This document shows, in pieces, positions 37,431-46,468 of a DNA stretch of 64,000 nt. Each line of letters starts with the position of its first letter. The first letter of the stretch is position 1. The notes below the pieces were generated by a model. It saw nothing but the letters and a program-made list of their open reading frames with translations, had not been told where the DNA came from and ran no database searches. A program made the translations under genes and the position numbers. The stretch is from Candidatus Nomurabacteria bacterium (GTDB lineage Bacteria > Patescibacteriota > Minisyncoccia > Phycocordibacterales > UBA9973): NCBI GenBank assembly GCA_016699365.1, contig CP064973.1, forward strand, positions 139,920-203,919, read 5' to 3'.

Positions 37431-38216
37431 CTACTCAACGCGCATCAGCATATTTTCAGCACTTTTCTCTGCACTGGAAGCAACTTTCATAACTAGGGTT
37501 ATGTCTTGATTTGAAGCACTCTCTGTAGGAGCATCAATAGATAAAGTTACAGGGGCAGAATTTATTGTTACGGGGAAATTTATATCTTTCACAAAAATTG
37601 CACTAGATCCTTGGATTCTATATTCAAGAGAAACTTTTACATCTTTTATACTACCCTGCTCTCCAAACAAAACTACTTTTATATTTTCTCCGTGTGTGCG
37701 TCCAGAATCTATAGTACCTATGTTTATTCTAGGCAACCTCACGATATCACTACCAGAAACAGTCGCTCCGCCTTTTGGATATTCAACCAACAAATCTGCG
37801 AGTTCAAGAGGTACAGAATTTCTATTTGTAATTTCAATCTGTAAAGATAGCTCTTCTCCGCCTTCTGCAAACGAATTACCTAAAACTACTATATCTATGT
37901 TGTCATTTGAAACAGTCGCAGGTCCACCAAAAAGTTTATATCCAGCAAAAACCAAAGACCCTAATAGGACAATTAGAGAGTAGATAAAAATTTTTTTAAA
38001 AAAAGATGGTTTCATTGAATCGGTGAGGGAATTTATTTTTGAAATATTAATTTTACTAGAAACAGGATCCGCGTCACTCCCCCAAGTCGGAGATACGGCA
38101 AAATCTTTTTTATGCAACACACTAGAAGATTTCTTGTTTACAACAGAATCGTCTTTTGTATATAAGTGTTTTTCAAGCTCATTTAAGCTATTTGGAGCTT
38201 CATCTCTTTTATCCAT
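37431..38216 (-). CDS. Hypothetical single-pass membrane protein with an extracytoplasmic beta-rich domain
   Basis: TM FFKKIFIYSLIVLLGSLVFAGYKLF, then repeated beta-sandwich-like segments. Confidence 0.4.
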   Translation of the reverse strand: MDKRDEAPNSLNELEKHLYTKDDSVVNKKSSSVLHKKDFAVSPTWGSDADPVSSKINISKINSLTDSMKPSFFKKIFIYSLIVLLGSLVFAGYKLFGGPATVSNDNIDIVVLGNSFAEGGEELSLQIEITNRNSVPLELADLLVEYPKGGATVSGSDIVRLPRINIGTIDSGRTHGENIKVVLFGEQGSIKDVKVSLEYRIQGSSAIFVKDINFPVTINSAPVTLSIDAPTESASNQDITLVMKVASSAEKSAENMLMRVE

Positions 38217-38257
38217 GTAGAAAATTATAGCACAGTGAAGTATGTGTGGTCGATAAA

Positions 38258-38842
38258 TTAGAGATGACTCTCTTTTAGAGCTCGATTGATCTCAAACAAT
38301 ATAGTTTTCTTTTCAAGCTTCTGATAGATTTCTCTGTTTGGATCAAATACATCATCCAAAATTGGAGCAAATTTTTCGACATCACCAATATACCCAAGAT
38401 GATGAAGAATGCGCAAAACCAAAACCAATTCCGTTTTTTGTTTGTTTTCTATGCTTAAATTTTCTTGATTATAAAAACGTAGGCCAAAAAGTAGGTCTTC
38501 AAAAATTTTTTCATTTTTCTCTTCCCCTGCGCACAGGCGTATAACTAAAGAAGCAATTTGTTTTATCGTAGAAAAAGCCTGTAAATCTCTATAAGTATGA
38601 CTAAAAGACTCTCTAGCAACGGCTGTTGTTACTCTCCATACATCTTTGCCTCTAACAAGATCGATTTCAGCATATGAATAATCCTGTAAAGCATATCGAA
38701 GCTTGGAACTCTCCTTGCGTATACTTTGCACCCTTGCACTAATTAAACCCAGCTCACGTGTATATAAATACAAGGTCTTGTTTGATTCACCAAGATTTTT
38801 ACTACCTAGAATGATTGCGTGGGTGTGGTGTATATGATGCAT
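38258..38842 (-). CDS. recO: DNA repair protein RecO (compact form)
   Basis: HAIILGSKNLGESNKTLYLYTRELGLISARVQSIRKESSKLRYALQDYSYAEIDLVRGKDVWRVT matches the RecO N-terminal OB-fold consensus. Confidence 0.55.
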   Translation of the reverse strand: MHHIHHTHAIILGSKNLGESNKTLYLYTRELGLISARVQSIRKESSKLRYALQDYSYAEIDLVRGKDVWRVTTAVARESFSHTYRDLQAFSTIKQIASLVIRLCAGEEKNEKIFEDLLFGLRFYNQENLSIENKQKTELVLVLRILHHLGYIGDVEKFAPILDDVFDPNREIYQKLEKKTILFEINRALKESHL

Positions 38843-38876
38843 ATATTAGAAAATAATAATCAGACACAGAAAAATA

Positions 38877-39641
38877 TTACCAGGAATTGTATTTATTGTC
38901 TGATTCTTCAAAAGTATCTTCGAGCTCTTTATGATGTGTATCTAAAAAATCTGAAATATTATCTTGATGCAGAGTTTCTCTATCGATATATTTTTCTTTG
39001 TCTTTCATATCCCCAAAAACTAAATCTTGTTTCGATTTTGCAAGCTCTCCTCTATAAGCTCTTTCAATTTTCTTTGGGTCAGATTTGTTTAGTGTTTTTA
39101 AATTTTCTAATCTTTTTGAATGATGCCTCACTTTTTCTCTCCAACCATCATTGCCACTATTAGGAGCCAGTGGTTGCCTTAAAAGACCCAAGTGAGACGC
39201 TTCAATCTTGTCCATTTCTGATAAATTATCGTCGGGCTTAATTTCCTCTTCAATTTTTTCTTTTTCTTCAGATCCAGCTTTTTTAGCATTATAAAAAGCC
39301 CTGTCATACGGATCATCCATATCAAGATAATGACCTTCAAAATAAAATGCAGATTTTTTCTGTTCAGTGTTTTCCAAACTTACTCTGTCATCTTCAAGTT
39401 CCCCTACATAAATATCTGCATTACTATGAGCACTTAGACCTTCCCCATACCTTTTCCAGGAGTCATCTGCTTGGTCATGAACTTCGTCTATTGGAACATA
39501 TTTATGTTTGTGGTGTTTCGGTTCTGGGTCTTCCTCAGACTGCTCTGGTAGGAAAGACTTTGAGATAAAATTTTTCATATACCTTATTATATCAGTCAAA
39601 AAAATAAAGGAAAACCGCTCATAGAGCGGTTTTTTTATCAT
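38877..39641 (-). CDS. Hypothetical acidic protein. The start is uncertain; an internal Met at about 39578 is the more likely start.
   Basis: Charged low-complexity sequence. The terminator-like hairpin at 39611-39637 lies within the annotated first 10 codons. Confidence 0.3.
   Translation of the reverse strand: MIKKPLYERFSFIFLTDIIRYMKNFISKSFLPEQSEEDPEPKHHKHKYVPIDEVHDQADDSWKRYGEGLSAHSNADIYVGELEDDRVSLENTEQKKSAFYFEGHYLDMDDPYDRAFYNAKKAGSEEKEKIEEEIKPDDNLSEMDKIEASHLGLLRQPLAPNSGNDGWREKVRHHSKRLENLKTLNKSDPKKIERAYRGELAKSKQDLVFGDMKDKEKYIDRETLHQDNISDFLDTHHKELEDTFEESDNKYNSW
39611..39637 (-). terminator. Intrinsic terminator downstream of the 39638-40300 gene
   Basis: aaaaccgctc-ata-gagcggtttttt. Confidence 0.5.
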
Positions 39642-40300
39642 ACACCTATTGGTTTCTGATCTATTTTTTGAGATTTCTTTTCAGCCGGAACTTTGTAGTT
39701 CCGATAAATAATTGTAACTACCATTGCTCCCCAGAGAAATAATATAGAAACAAGATCTAAATTGACATACAAAGAGGATTGCAGTCCTAAAAAGTCTACG
39801 AACCTAAAAAATAAAATCATAAACAAAAAGAATACAATCCCAGCAGATAGACTTACTTTGTCATAAGCCTTTCTATTTCTAACACCAAATATTCCGTTGG
39901 AAGAAAACCTATCAGATACCCATAGTACAATAAAAGACCAAATAAATATTGCGATCCAGACATTGTATTGTCCTTTTGCTAATTCTCGACCAACTTCGTT
40001 GGTATAAATAGTATTCCAACCTTTATTGAAATTGTACGACTTTTCGTATCGTATATTCCAAACTTTTTTTGGGAAAATAGGTAATCCTAAAACTTTGGCG
40101 TATTCTCGCTCTCTTTCTACAAAAGTTACGACGAGTTGCTCACCTTGATTTTTGAACAAAAATGCTGCATCTTCTGCCGAAATATATTTTGGCTTAGTCC
40201 TGATGATATACCTTGGTACACCATATTCAGGGTCCAATTCTGCCGAAGCAGAAGTAACTAAAAACAGAAAAAATAAGAGGGTTGTTACTGTTTTTTTCAT
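39638..40300 (-). CDS. Hypothetical secreted/membrane protein
   Basis: Signal peptide MKKTVTTLLFFLFLVTSASA, plus 3 C-terminal TM segments. Confidence 0.35.
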   Translation of the reverse strand: MKKTVTTLLFFLFLVTSASAELDPEYGVPRYIIRTKPKYISAEDAAFLFKNQGEQLVVTFVEREREYAKVLGLPIFPKKVWNIRYEKSYNFNKGWNTIYTNEVGRELAKGQYNVWIAIFIWSFIVLWVSDRFSSNGIFGVRNRKAYDKVSLSAGIVFFLFMILFFRFVDFLGLQSSLYVNLDLVSILFLWGAMVVTIIYRNYKVPAEKKSQKIDQKPIGV

Positions 40301-40345
40301 AGTACTTTTTTTATCAAAGTACTCTAAAAAGATATGCTTGTCAAT

Positions 40346-40768
40346 CTATTTGGAATCTATATTTATAGGGTGGTATTTGCGCCAGTATTTTCTCCATGGA
40401 GTGTAGAGTAGGAATATGAGTACACCAGCGAGCGCTGAGTATGCACCGAGAATTAGAAAATATAAAAACCAGCAAAGTTCTTTCGCATAAAAATAATAAT
40501 TGAGTTTGTAATAACAGTGTACATCGGCAATACTTGTTGTCTTTTTCTTGTGCTCTTCCCGCTCCTCGAGGCGACTAGCAATAGATGTGTGACAAAATGT
40601 GAAAAATACTGCGAGTACACCGAGCCACTCGATCGGACCTTTTCCTGAAACTGCTCCGACAAAAAGCAGAGCAATCAAAACAAAAGCATATTCAACATGG
40701 TATGTTCTACATTTAAAAATAGACTTTATTTCTTCGACTGTCCTGATTAGAAGTGGGGTATGTTTCAT
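40346..40768 (-). CDS. Hypothetical small membrane protein
   Basis: 140 aa, 3 hydrophobic segments. Confidence 0.3.
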   Translation of the reverse strand: MKHTPLLIRTVEEIKSIFKCRTYHVEYAFVLIALLFVGAVSGKGPIEWLGVLAVFFTFCHTSIASRLEEREEHKKKTTSIADVHCYYKLNYYFYAKELCWFLYFLILGAYSALAGVLIFLLYTPWRKYWRKYHPINIDSK

Positions 40769-40769
40769 A

Positions 40770-41351
40770 CTATTTCATCATTTCTCTTAATACATCTAAT
40801 GCTTCCGGAAGTTCGCGCACATTATCTAATCCTGTAAAATGACCTCGCTCGTGAAGCGTGATAGTTTCCGCATTCAATTCTTTTTCAAGTAAAATTTTAT
40901 TTTCTGTGAGCAATACATACGGATCATTGTCGGAAAAAATACCTGCGATTTTATCAGTGTGTATACGGATGTGATTGAAACTGATCGGAGTTTTTAACCA
41001 AGGTGTCGCAATATCTGGAGATTCTCCATCATCTAGACTCTCTAAGGTGAATACAAACCACGGTGCAATAAGTAAAATACCTCCGATTTTTATATTCTCT
41101 GGGAGAGTTGCAATATATCGAAGCGTCGTCTGACAGCCCACACTGTGTCCGACAAAATAAGTATCTTCATCTGGGAGCCCTACTGAATTTCCTAGTGCAG
41201 GAACCCAGTCTTCTATTGTCGGTGTATCAGGATGTGGCATAAGAGGCGCTATGACCTCGCAACCCTCGCTTTCCATAGATTCCCTGATCCATTTGAGCAT
41301 TGACTCATCAGGACTACCACCCCAACCGTGTGCAATTATGATTCTTTTCAT
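40770..41351 (-). CDS. Serine hydrolase, YdeN/RBBP9-like alpha/beta hydrolase (Ser_hydrolase family)
   Basis: MKRIIIAHGWGGSPD... N-terminus and FVGHSVGCQT nucleophile elbow. About 190 aa. Confidence 0.6.
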   Translation of the reverse strand: MKRIIIAHGWGGSPDESMLKWIRESMESEGCEVIAPLMPHPDTPTIEDWVPALGNSVGLPDEDTYFVGHSVGCQTTLRYIATLPENIKIGGILLIAPWFVFTLESLDDGESPDIATPWLKTPISFNHIRIHTDKIAGIFSDNDPYVLLTENKILLEKELNAETITLHERGHFTGLDNVRELPEALDVLREMMK

Positions 41352-41352
41352 A

Positions 41353-44300
41353 TTAGTTTATTCTAATCTTTTCCTCACCATCTCCAAATGTGATATCCGA
41401 AACTCCTGCGGTCTTTTTCAAATCTTCTTCAAACCCTTGAACTGTTTCCTTGTATTCATTTGCAAGCGTAAGCTTAATAACATCACTAGGTTTCAAGCCT
41501 TTTTCTTTTCGCATGTCTTGGATAGAGCGGAGTAGCTCACGATAGTCTCCTTCACGTTTTAGTTCGGGAGTTATATTTGTGTCGAATGAAACTTCACTTC
41601 CAACTTCAACATCTTTTACATTTAGCTCGTCTTTTATTATTTCTACAAACTCAGAAGATAATTTTTCTTTTACAAAGAAAGTAGCGAGTGGCTGTCTTAG
41701 AGGAATATTTAATTTTTTTCGAATAGAATTTCCTTCAGTACAAAGATCTCGAACTTTTTGCATCTCTGATATTATTTCTTTATTTATTTTTCCTGCTTTT
41801 GGCCAATCACACAAATGAACTGACTCGACATCACTCTCAAGTTTCAATTTCTGCCACATGTCCTCTGCACTAAATGGTGCAAATGGTGCAATAATTTTCG
41901 CCAATGTTTTTAATACAACATACATAGTCATCTTTGCTGAAAGTGACCCGTCTTTCAATCTGTCTCGTGAACGGCGAAGGTACCAAGTCGAAAAGTCGTC
42001 GATAAAGTCGCGTGTTGCACGCACAGGTTCGAGAAGCTTGAAATTGTCTAGGTTATTTGTTGAAAGTTCTACAAGCTGGTCTAGCCTAGCGAGAATCCAT
42101 TGATCCAAAACAATTGTTGTAGATCTAACTTCTTTTTCTGCATCTATCTCAGCATCTCTTTCTCGATAAAGTTCATAGAAAGCTAGTACGTTGTATAGAA
42201 GTCCGAAGAACTTACGATGAAGATCAAGCACTGTTTTCTCGTCGAAGTTTTTTGAGTCTCCTGGCTGGTTTACAGAATACATCCACAATCTGAGTGTATC
42301 TGCACCATACTTCTCTATCATCTCCCAAGGCTCCACGATGTTGCCAAGTGACTTACTCATTTTCTTGCCCTCTGCGTCTAGGATGTGCCCAAGACAGATT
42401 ACATTCTTGTATGCCTTGCCAGTGCCCATAAGCGCTCCTATGGCGTGAAGTGTATAGAACCACCCTCGAGTCTGGTCGATGGCCTCACAGATGAAATCTG
42501 CTGGATAACCACGAGTCTTTTTGAAGAATCCTTTTTAGGCTGAAAAACATTTTTGTCATTTCCAAATGGATAGTTGTCTTGCGCGAAAGGCATCGCACCA
42601 GAGTCGAACCACACATCCATAACCTCTTTTACACGCTTGAACTTTTTACCGTCTTTTTCTAATTCAACAGAGTCGATAAATGGCTTATGTAAGTCGAGTT
42701 CAAAGTTTTCGTTGTGAGGAAGAGGAGTAAAATCTAATTTTCTAAATTCTCCATTTTGTAAATATCTATATTCGCTTTCTTTTTGAACTATTCTTAAAGA
42801 TTCTTCTGGTGTATATCCGCTTGCACCAGAAAAGAGTAGCCATGCTGGCCCACCATGTGTGACTATAAGAATATTTTTTCCAGCATATTTACTATCTAGT
42901 TCATACAGAAAATTTGTTACTCTTTTCTTTATTTCATTATGAGATTCCCCTCCAGGCATTTTCTTATCGAAATTTTCTGGTATTTTAGGTAAAGCTTTGT
43001 GGAATTCTGACCATTTTGTTCCACCAAAATCTCCAGGATTAAATTCTCCCAGCTCATCATGATAAGAAATACTTTTTTCATCTAACCCTAGAACATCTTT
43101 TACAATACTAGATGTTTCTTTGGTTCTGATAAATGGCGAAGAAACAATAAAATCTATTTTTTCAGACTTCAACATCTCTGCATATTTTTTTACCTGCAGC
43201 TTACCATTTTCATTTATATGGTCTTTTGCATCTTTATTTACACTTATTGAACCAGTTAGATTATTGTCAGATTCTCCATGCCGCATTACAAAATATTTAT
43301 TTCCACTTTTCTTTGTATATTTCTTGAGTGTATCGACAGAGTCGACAACTATTCGCTCGCCGTCTTCTGCCTCCCATATCGGAAGTGGGGTTCCCCAATA
43401 CCGCTCACGAGATATCGCCCAGTCTTTTACTTCACGAAGCCATTCACCAAAACGTCCGTCTTTTATATGACTTGGTTCCCATTTAATACTATCGTTTTCT
43501 TTAAGTAATTGATTCCTGAGTTTTGACATTCCGATATACCAAGAATCCCGCGCATAATATATAAGCGGAGTTTTGCATCTCCAGCAGTGTGGATATGAGT
43601 GCTCGTATTTTTCTTTCTTGAATAGAAGCCCCCGGTGTGCGAGGTCCTTAATGATATCTATCGCAACTTCTTCATCCTTTACAAATCGTCCTGACAGAAA
43701 ATCCATACCTTCCAAGAAATGTCCATCTTCTTTTACCAAATGGAACTTCGGCATACCGACTTTTGTTCCGAGTTCGAAGTCTACTTGTCCGTACATGACT
43801 GCGGTGTGCACCAAACCTGTTCCGTCAGTAGTTGTAACGAAGTCTGCAGAATGCACTTTGTATGCATTTTTCATATCTATATCTTTTGGAGCAAGATTTT
43901 TGAAATACGAATACAGTGATTCATATGATAATCCAACAAATGCTTTGCCTTTCAATTCCTCTATGATTTCATATTCACCTTCGACTATAGAGAGTCTTTC
44001 TTTAGCAAGAATCAGAATATCGTTTTCTTTTTTTATTTTTACATAATCGATATTCTCCCCCACCGCAAGACCTACGTTTCCCGGAAGTGTCCACGGAGTT
44101 GTAGTCCATGCTAGAAAATATGTATTCTCCTGACCAACAACTTTAAACTTTGCAGTCACCGATAAATCTTTGTCATCTTGATATCCTTGTGCGAGCTCAT
44201 GCGAAGAAAGTGCAGTTCCACAACGTGGACACCAAGGAAGAACTTTGTAGTCTTTGTATAAAAGTTTTTTCTTTTCTGTTTCTGCCAAAATATTCCACAC

Positions 44301-44780
44301 AGATTCGATATATGAATTGTGATACGTGACATATGGATTCTTGTGGTCCACCCAGTATGCAACACGGTCAGTGAACTTTTCCCATTCGTCGATATATTTC
44401 CAGACAGATTCACGGCACTTCTGATTGAATTTCTCTACACCATATTCCTCGATTTCCTTTTTGGATTTGAGACCCAGTTCTTTCTCGACCTGGAGCTCCA
44501 CAGGAAGTCCATGTGTGTCCCAGCCACCTTTGCGACGAACATGGTACCCTCGCATAGTTTTGTATCGAGGTATAGCATCTTTGAAACAGCGAGGTTCGAG
44601 ATGGTGCAGTCCTGGCATACCGTTTGCAGTCGGAGGTCCGTCGAAGAATACGAACTCCCCTTCTGGAGAATCCTTTGCAAGGGTTTTACTGAAAATATCT
44701 TTCTCCTGCCACAATTTCAAAACTGCTTCTTCTCTTAAAGCTGATTCGGATTTATTTGGTTTTTGGTTTTCTTCTGACAT
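41353..44780 (-). CDS. ileS: Isoleucyl-tRNA synthetase. It is split by a -1 frameshift in the T5 run at 42532-42536 and carries an inserted histidine-phosphatase (PGAM-like) domain.
   Basis: N-terminal PPTANGMPGLHH, CP1 editing motif TTTPWTLP, then DWAISRERYWGTPLPIW, the DVWFDSG motif, and KMSKSLGN in the downstream ORF. One extra A restores ...[48 protein letters not shown]... Confidence 0.85.
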
Positions 44781-44825
44781 ATTGACAAATTATATTATAG
44801 ATGGTAATTTTAAAAAAAATATTGT

Positions 44826-45038
44826 ATGAAACATATTATAAATTTCATCTTTGGCACAATTGGCGGCATAATAATTACACTGCTTATTGTAGGAGTAACA
44901 GCTTTATTTGATGATCAAATGAAAAAAGTTCCTTGGGAAGCAGTCCTCTTTGAAGGAATAATAATGGGTATACTTTTTGCCATATCAAGATACTTTAGTG
45001 ATAAAGATGACAAAAAGAATGATCCACATGTATTCTAA
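44826..45038 (+). CDS. Hypothetical small membrane protein
   Basis: 70 aa, 2 TM. Confidence 0.3.
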   Translation: MKHIINFIFGTIGGIIITLLIVGVTALFDDQMKKVPWEAVLFEGIIMGILFAISRYFSDKDDKKNDPHVF

Positions 45039-45267
45039 ACAAAAAACTCGTCCTAAAATTACGACAAAAGTCATAATTCAAGGACGAGTTTCTTTTTTTA
45101 TCCAAGAAATCGTGGTACCACCTCGGTTCCCCTTTCGGGCTTATTACAGCTTTTACGGGCTTGCCCGCTGGGGTCTACTTAATTTCTTCCCAGAGCATTG
45201 GAGTTGATATCTCCTAATCGCGCTTATACACTTATACTATATAAAATGAGAAAAAATGCAATAAAAC

Positions 45268-45293
45268 AAAACCCCGGAATTCCGGGGTTTTAA
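45268..45293 (-). terminator. Intrinsic terminator
   Basis: aaaaccccgg-aat-tccggggtttt. Confidence 0.6.
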
Positions 45294-45296
45294 ATT

Positions 45297-45638
45297 TCAA
45301 TTCAATTTGGGGTAAAGCGAACGCCAAGCTATTTCTGCAGATTTATCAGTAATCAATAAATTGTCATTGTTGTCGAAATACAATTCATGCCACAGATCAA
45401 ACGCATACTCATCATCATCTGAAGCAAGGAATAAATCAAATAAATGCTTTGCTCCTGGTACGCCAACTGGTTTTTTTAAAAGTTCATATTTTGATTTAAA
45501 AAATCTTTTTAAATCTTCAGCAGATAGAAACTGAGCTGAAGTTCTTTTAAATTCTTTCTCGAGCTCATCGATTTCAGTCTGTGTGTATAATTTTTCCATA
45601 ATTCTACGATTTCCGAAACTATATATCCTGGCGCACAT
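45297..45638 (-). CDS. Hypothetical protein (likely start MEKLYTQ...)
   Basis: About 100 aa, no motif. Confidence 0.3.
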   Translation of the reverse strand: MCARIYSFGNRRIMEKLYTQTEIDELEKEFKRTSAQFLSAEDLKRFFKSKYELLKKPVGVPGAKHLFDLFLASDDDEYAFDLWHELYFDNNDNLLITDKSAEIAWRSLYPKLN

Positions 45639-45664
45639 TAAGTCAACAGTGTTACAATAGCTAC

Positions 45665-45907
45665 ATGGATCTCTTGTCTTTTTCTCAAAATATACTTGGA
45701 TATATAACTAATCCTGAAAATATAATTTTTGTTTTTTGGGTGATTGTACTTATAGTTATATTTATATCTCTAATTATGATACTTCATTGGAAACAATATG
45801 CTGAAAATATATTAGGCGGTATTGTTTTGTTTACTGTCTACGGAATCGGAGTATTTATATTAATCAGTAATATTTATCAAAAATTACAAACATTTATCGG
45901 TGTATGA
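45665..45907 (+). CDS. Hypothetical 2-TM membrane protein
   Basis: 80 aa. Overlaps the downstream gene by 4 nt. Confidence 0.35.
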   Translation: MDLLSFSQNILGYITNPENIIFVFWVIVLIVIFISLIMILHWKQYAENILGGIVLFTVYGIGVFILISNIYQKLQTFIGV

Positions 45908-46434
45908 AATTAAATCCTGGAGAAAAGAAAATAGCAGTATTTCGCAAACATTGGTTTTATCTCGGACTAGAGGCTCTGATGTTTGCACTAATCGCAATAC
46001 TTCCCTACCTGATGGTATATTTTGGTGGGATATACTTCGATATTTCTATCCCCGAGCGGTTTGTGCCTCTGTATGAACTCTTTTATAGTCTGTGGCTGGT
46101 GTTTGTATGGGTTGGATTCTTTGTTTCGATCACAAACTATCTACTTGATATATGGATACTCACATCTGAGCGACTCATAGATGTGGAACAGTTTGGACTT
46201 TTTTCTCGTAGAATATCTACTCTGCAGATTGATAAAATACAGGATGTGACCGTAGCTGTATCTGGAATAATTGAGGAGATTATCAGTAGTGGAAATGTTT
46301 CTGTACAAACTGCTGGTGAAACTCATGAGTTCCATATACCACACGCTCAGAATCCTGAAAAAATGAAGGAGAGAATACTGACTGTAGTTCGAGTAAAAGC
46401 CAACGAAATAAAAACTGTTAGAATAGAAAATTAG
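45904..46434 (+). CDS. Membrane protein with bacterial PH-like domain (bPH_2/DUF304, YdbS-like)
   Basis: Two TM segments followed by ...ERLIDVEQFGLFSRRISTLQIDKIQDVTVAVSGIIEEIISSGNVSVQTAG..., typical of DUF304. Confidence 0.5.
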   Translation: MKLNPGEKKIAVFRKHWFYLGLEALMFALIAILPYLMVYFGGIYFDISIPERFVPLYELFYSLWLVFVWVGFFVSITNYLLDIWILTSERLIDVEQFGLFSRRISTLQIDKIQDVTVAVSGIIEEIISSGNVSVQTAGETHEFHIPHAQNPEKMKERILTVVRVKANEIKTVRIEN

Positions 46435-46468
46435 AAAAACCACCCATTAAAAAGGTGGTTTTATTTTT
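46434..46468. terminator. Bidirectional intrinsic terminator
   Basis: aaaaccacc-cattaaaaa-ggtggtttt. Confidence 0.55.

Noticed and set aside
37431-37433. TAG reassignment or read-through joining ORFs 37431-38216 and 36270-37346
   Set aside because: It is a single instance. An open 28-codon spacer is not statistically unusual, and other genes use TAG as a genuine stop. It is reported only as a low-interest possible disrupted gene.
42816-43304. Intein or mobile-intron explanation for the IleRS insertion
   Set aside because: The inserted segment has clear histidine-phosphatase motifs (RHG, SSPxxRTxxT, GESH and THGG). It lacks intein splicing blocks (N-terminal Cys/Ser and C-terminal HN-Cys/Ser/Thr) and any homing-endonuclease motifs.
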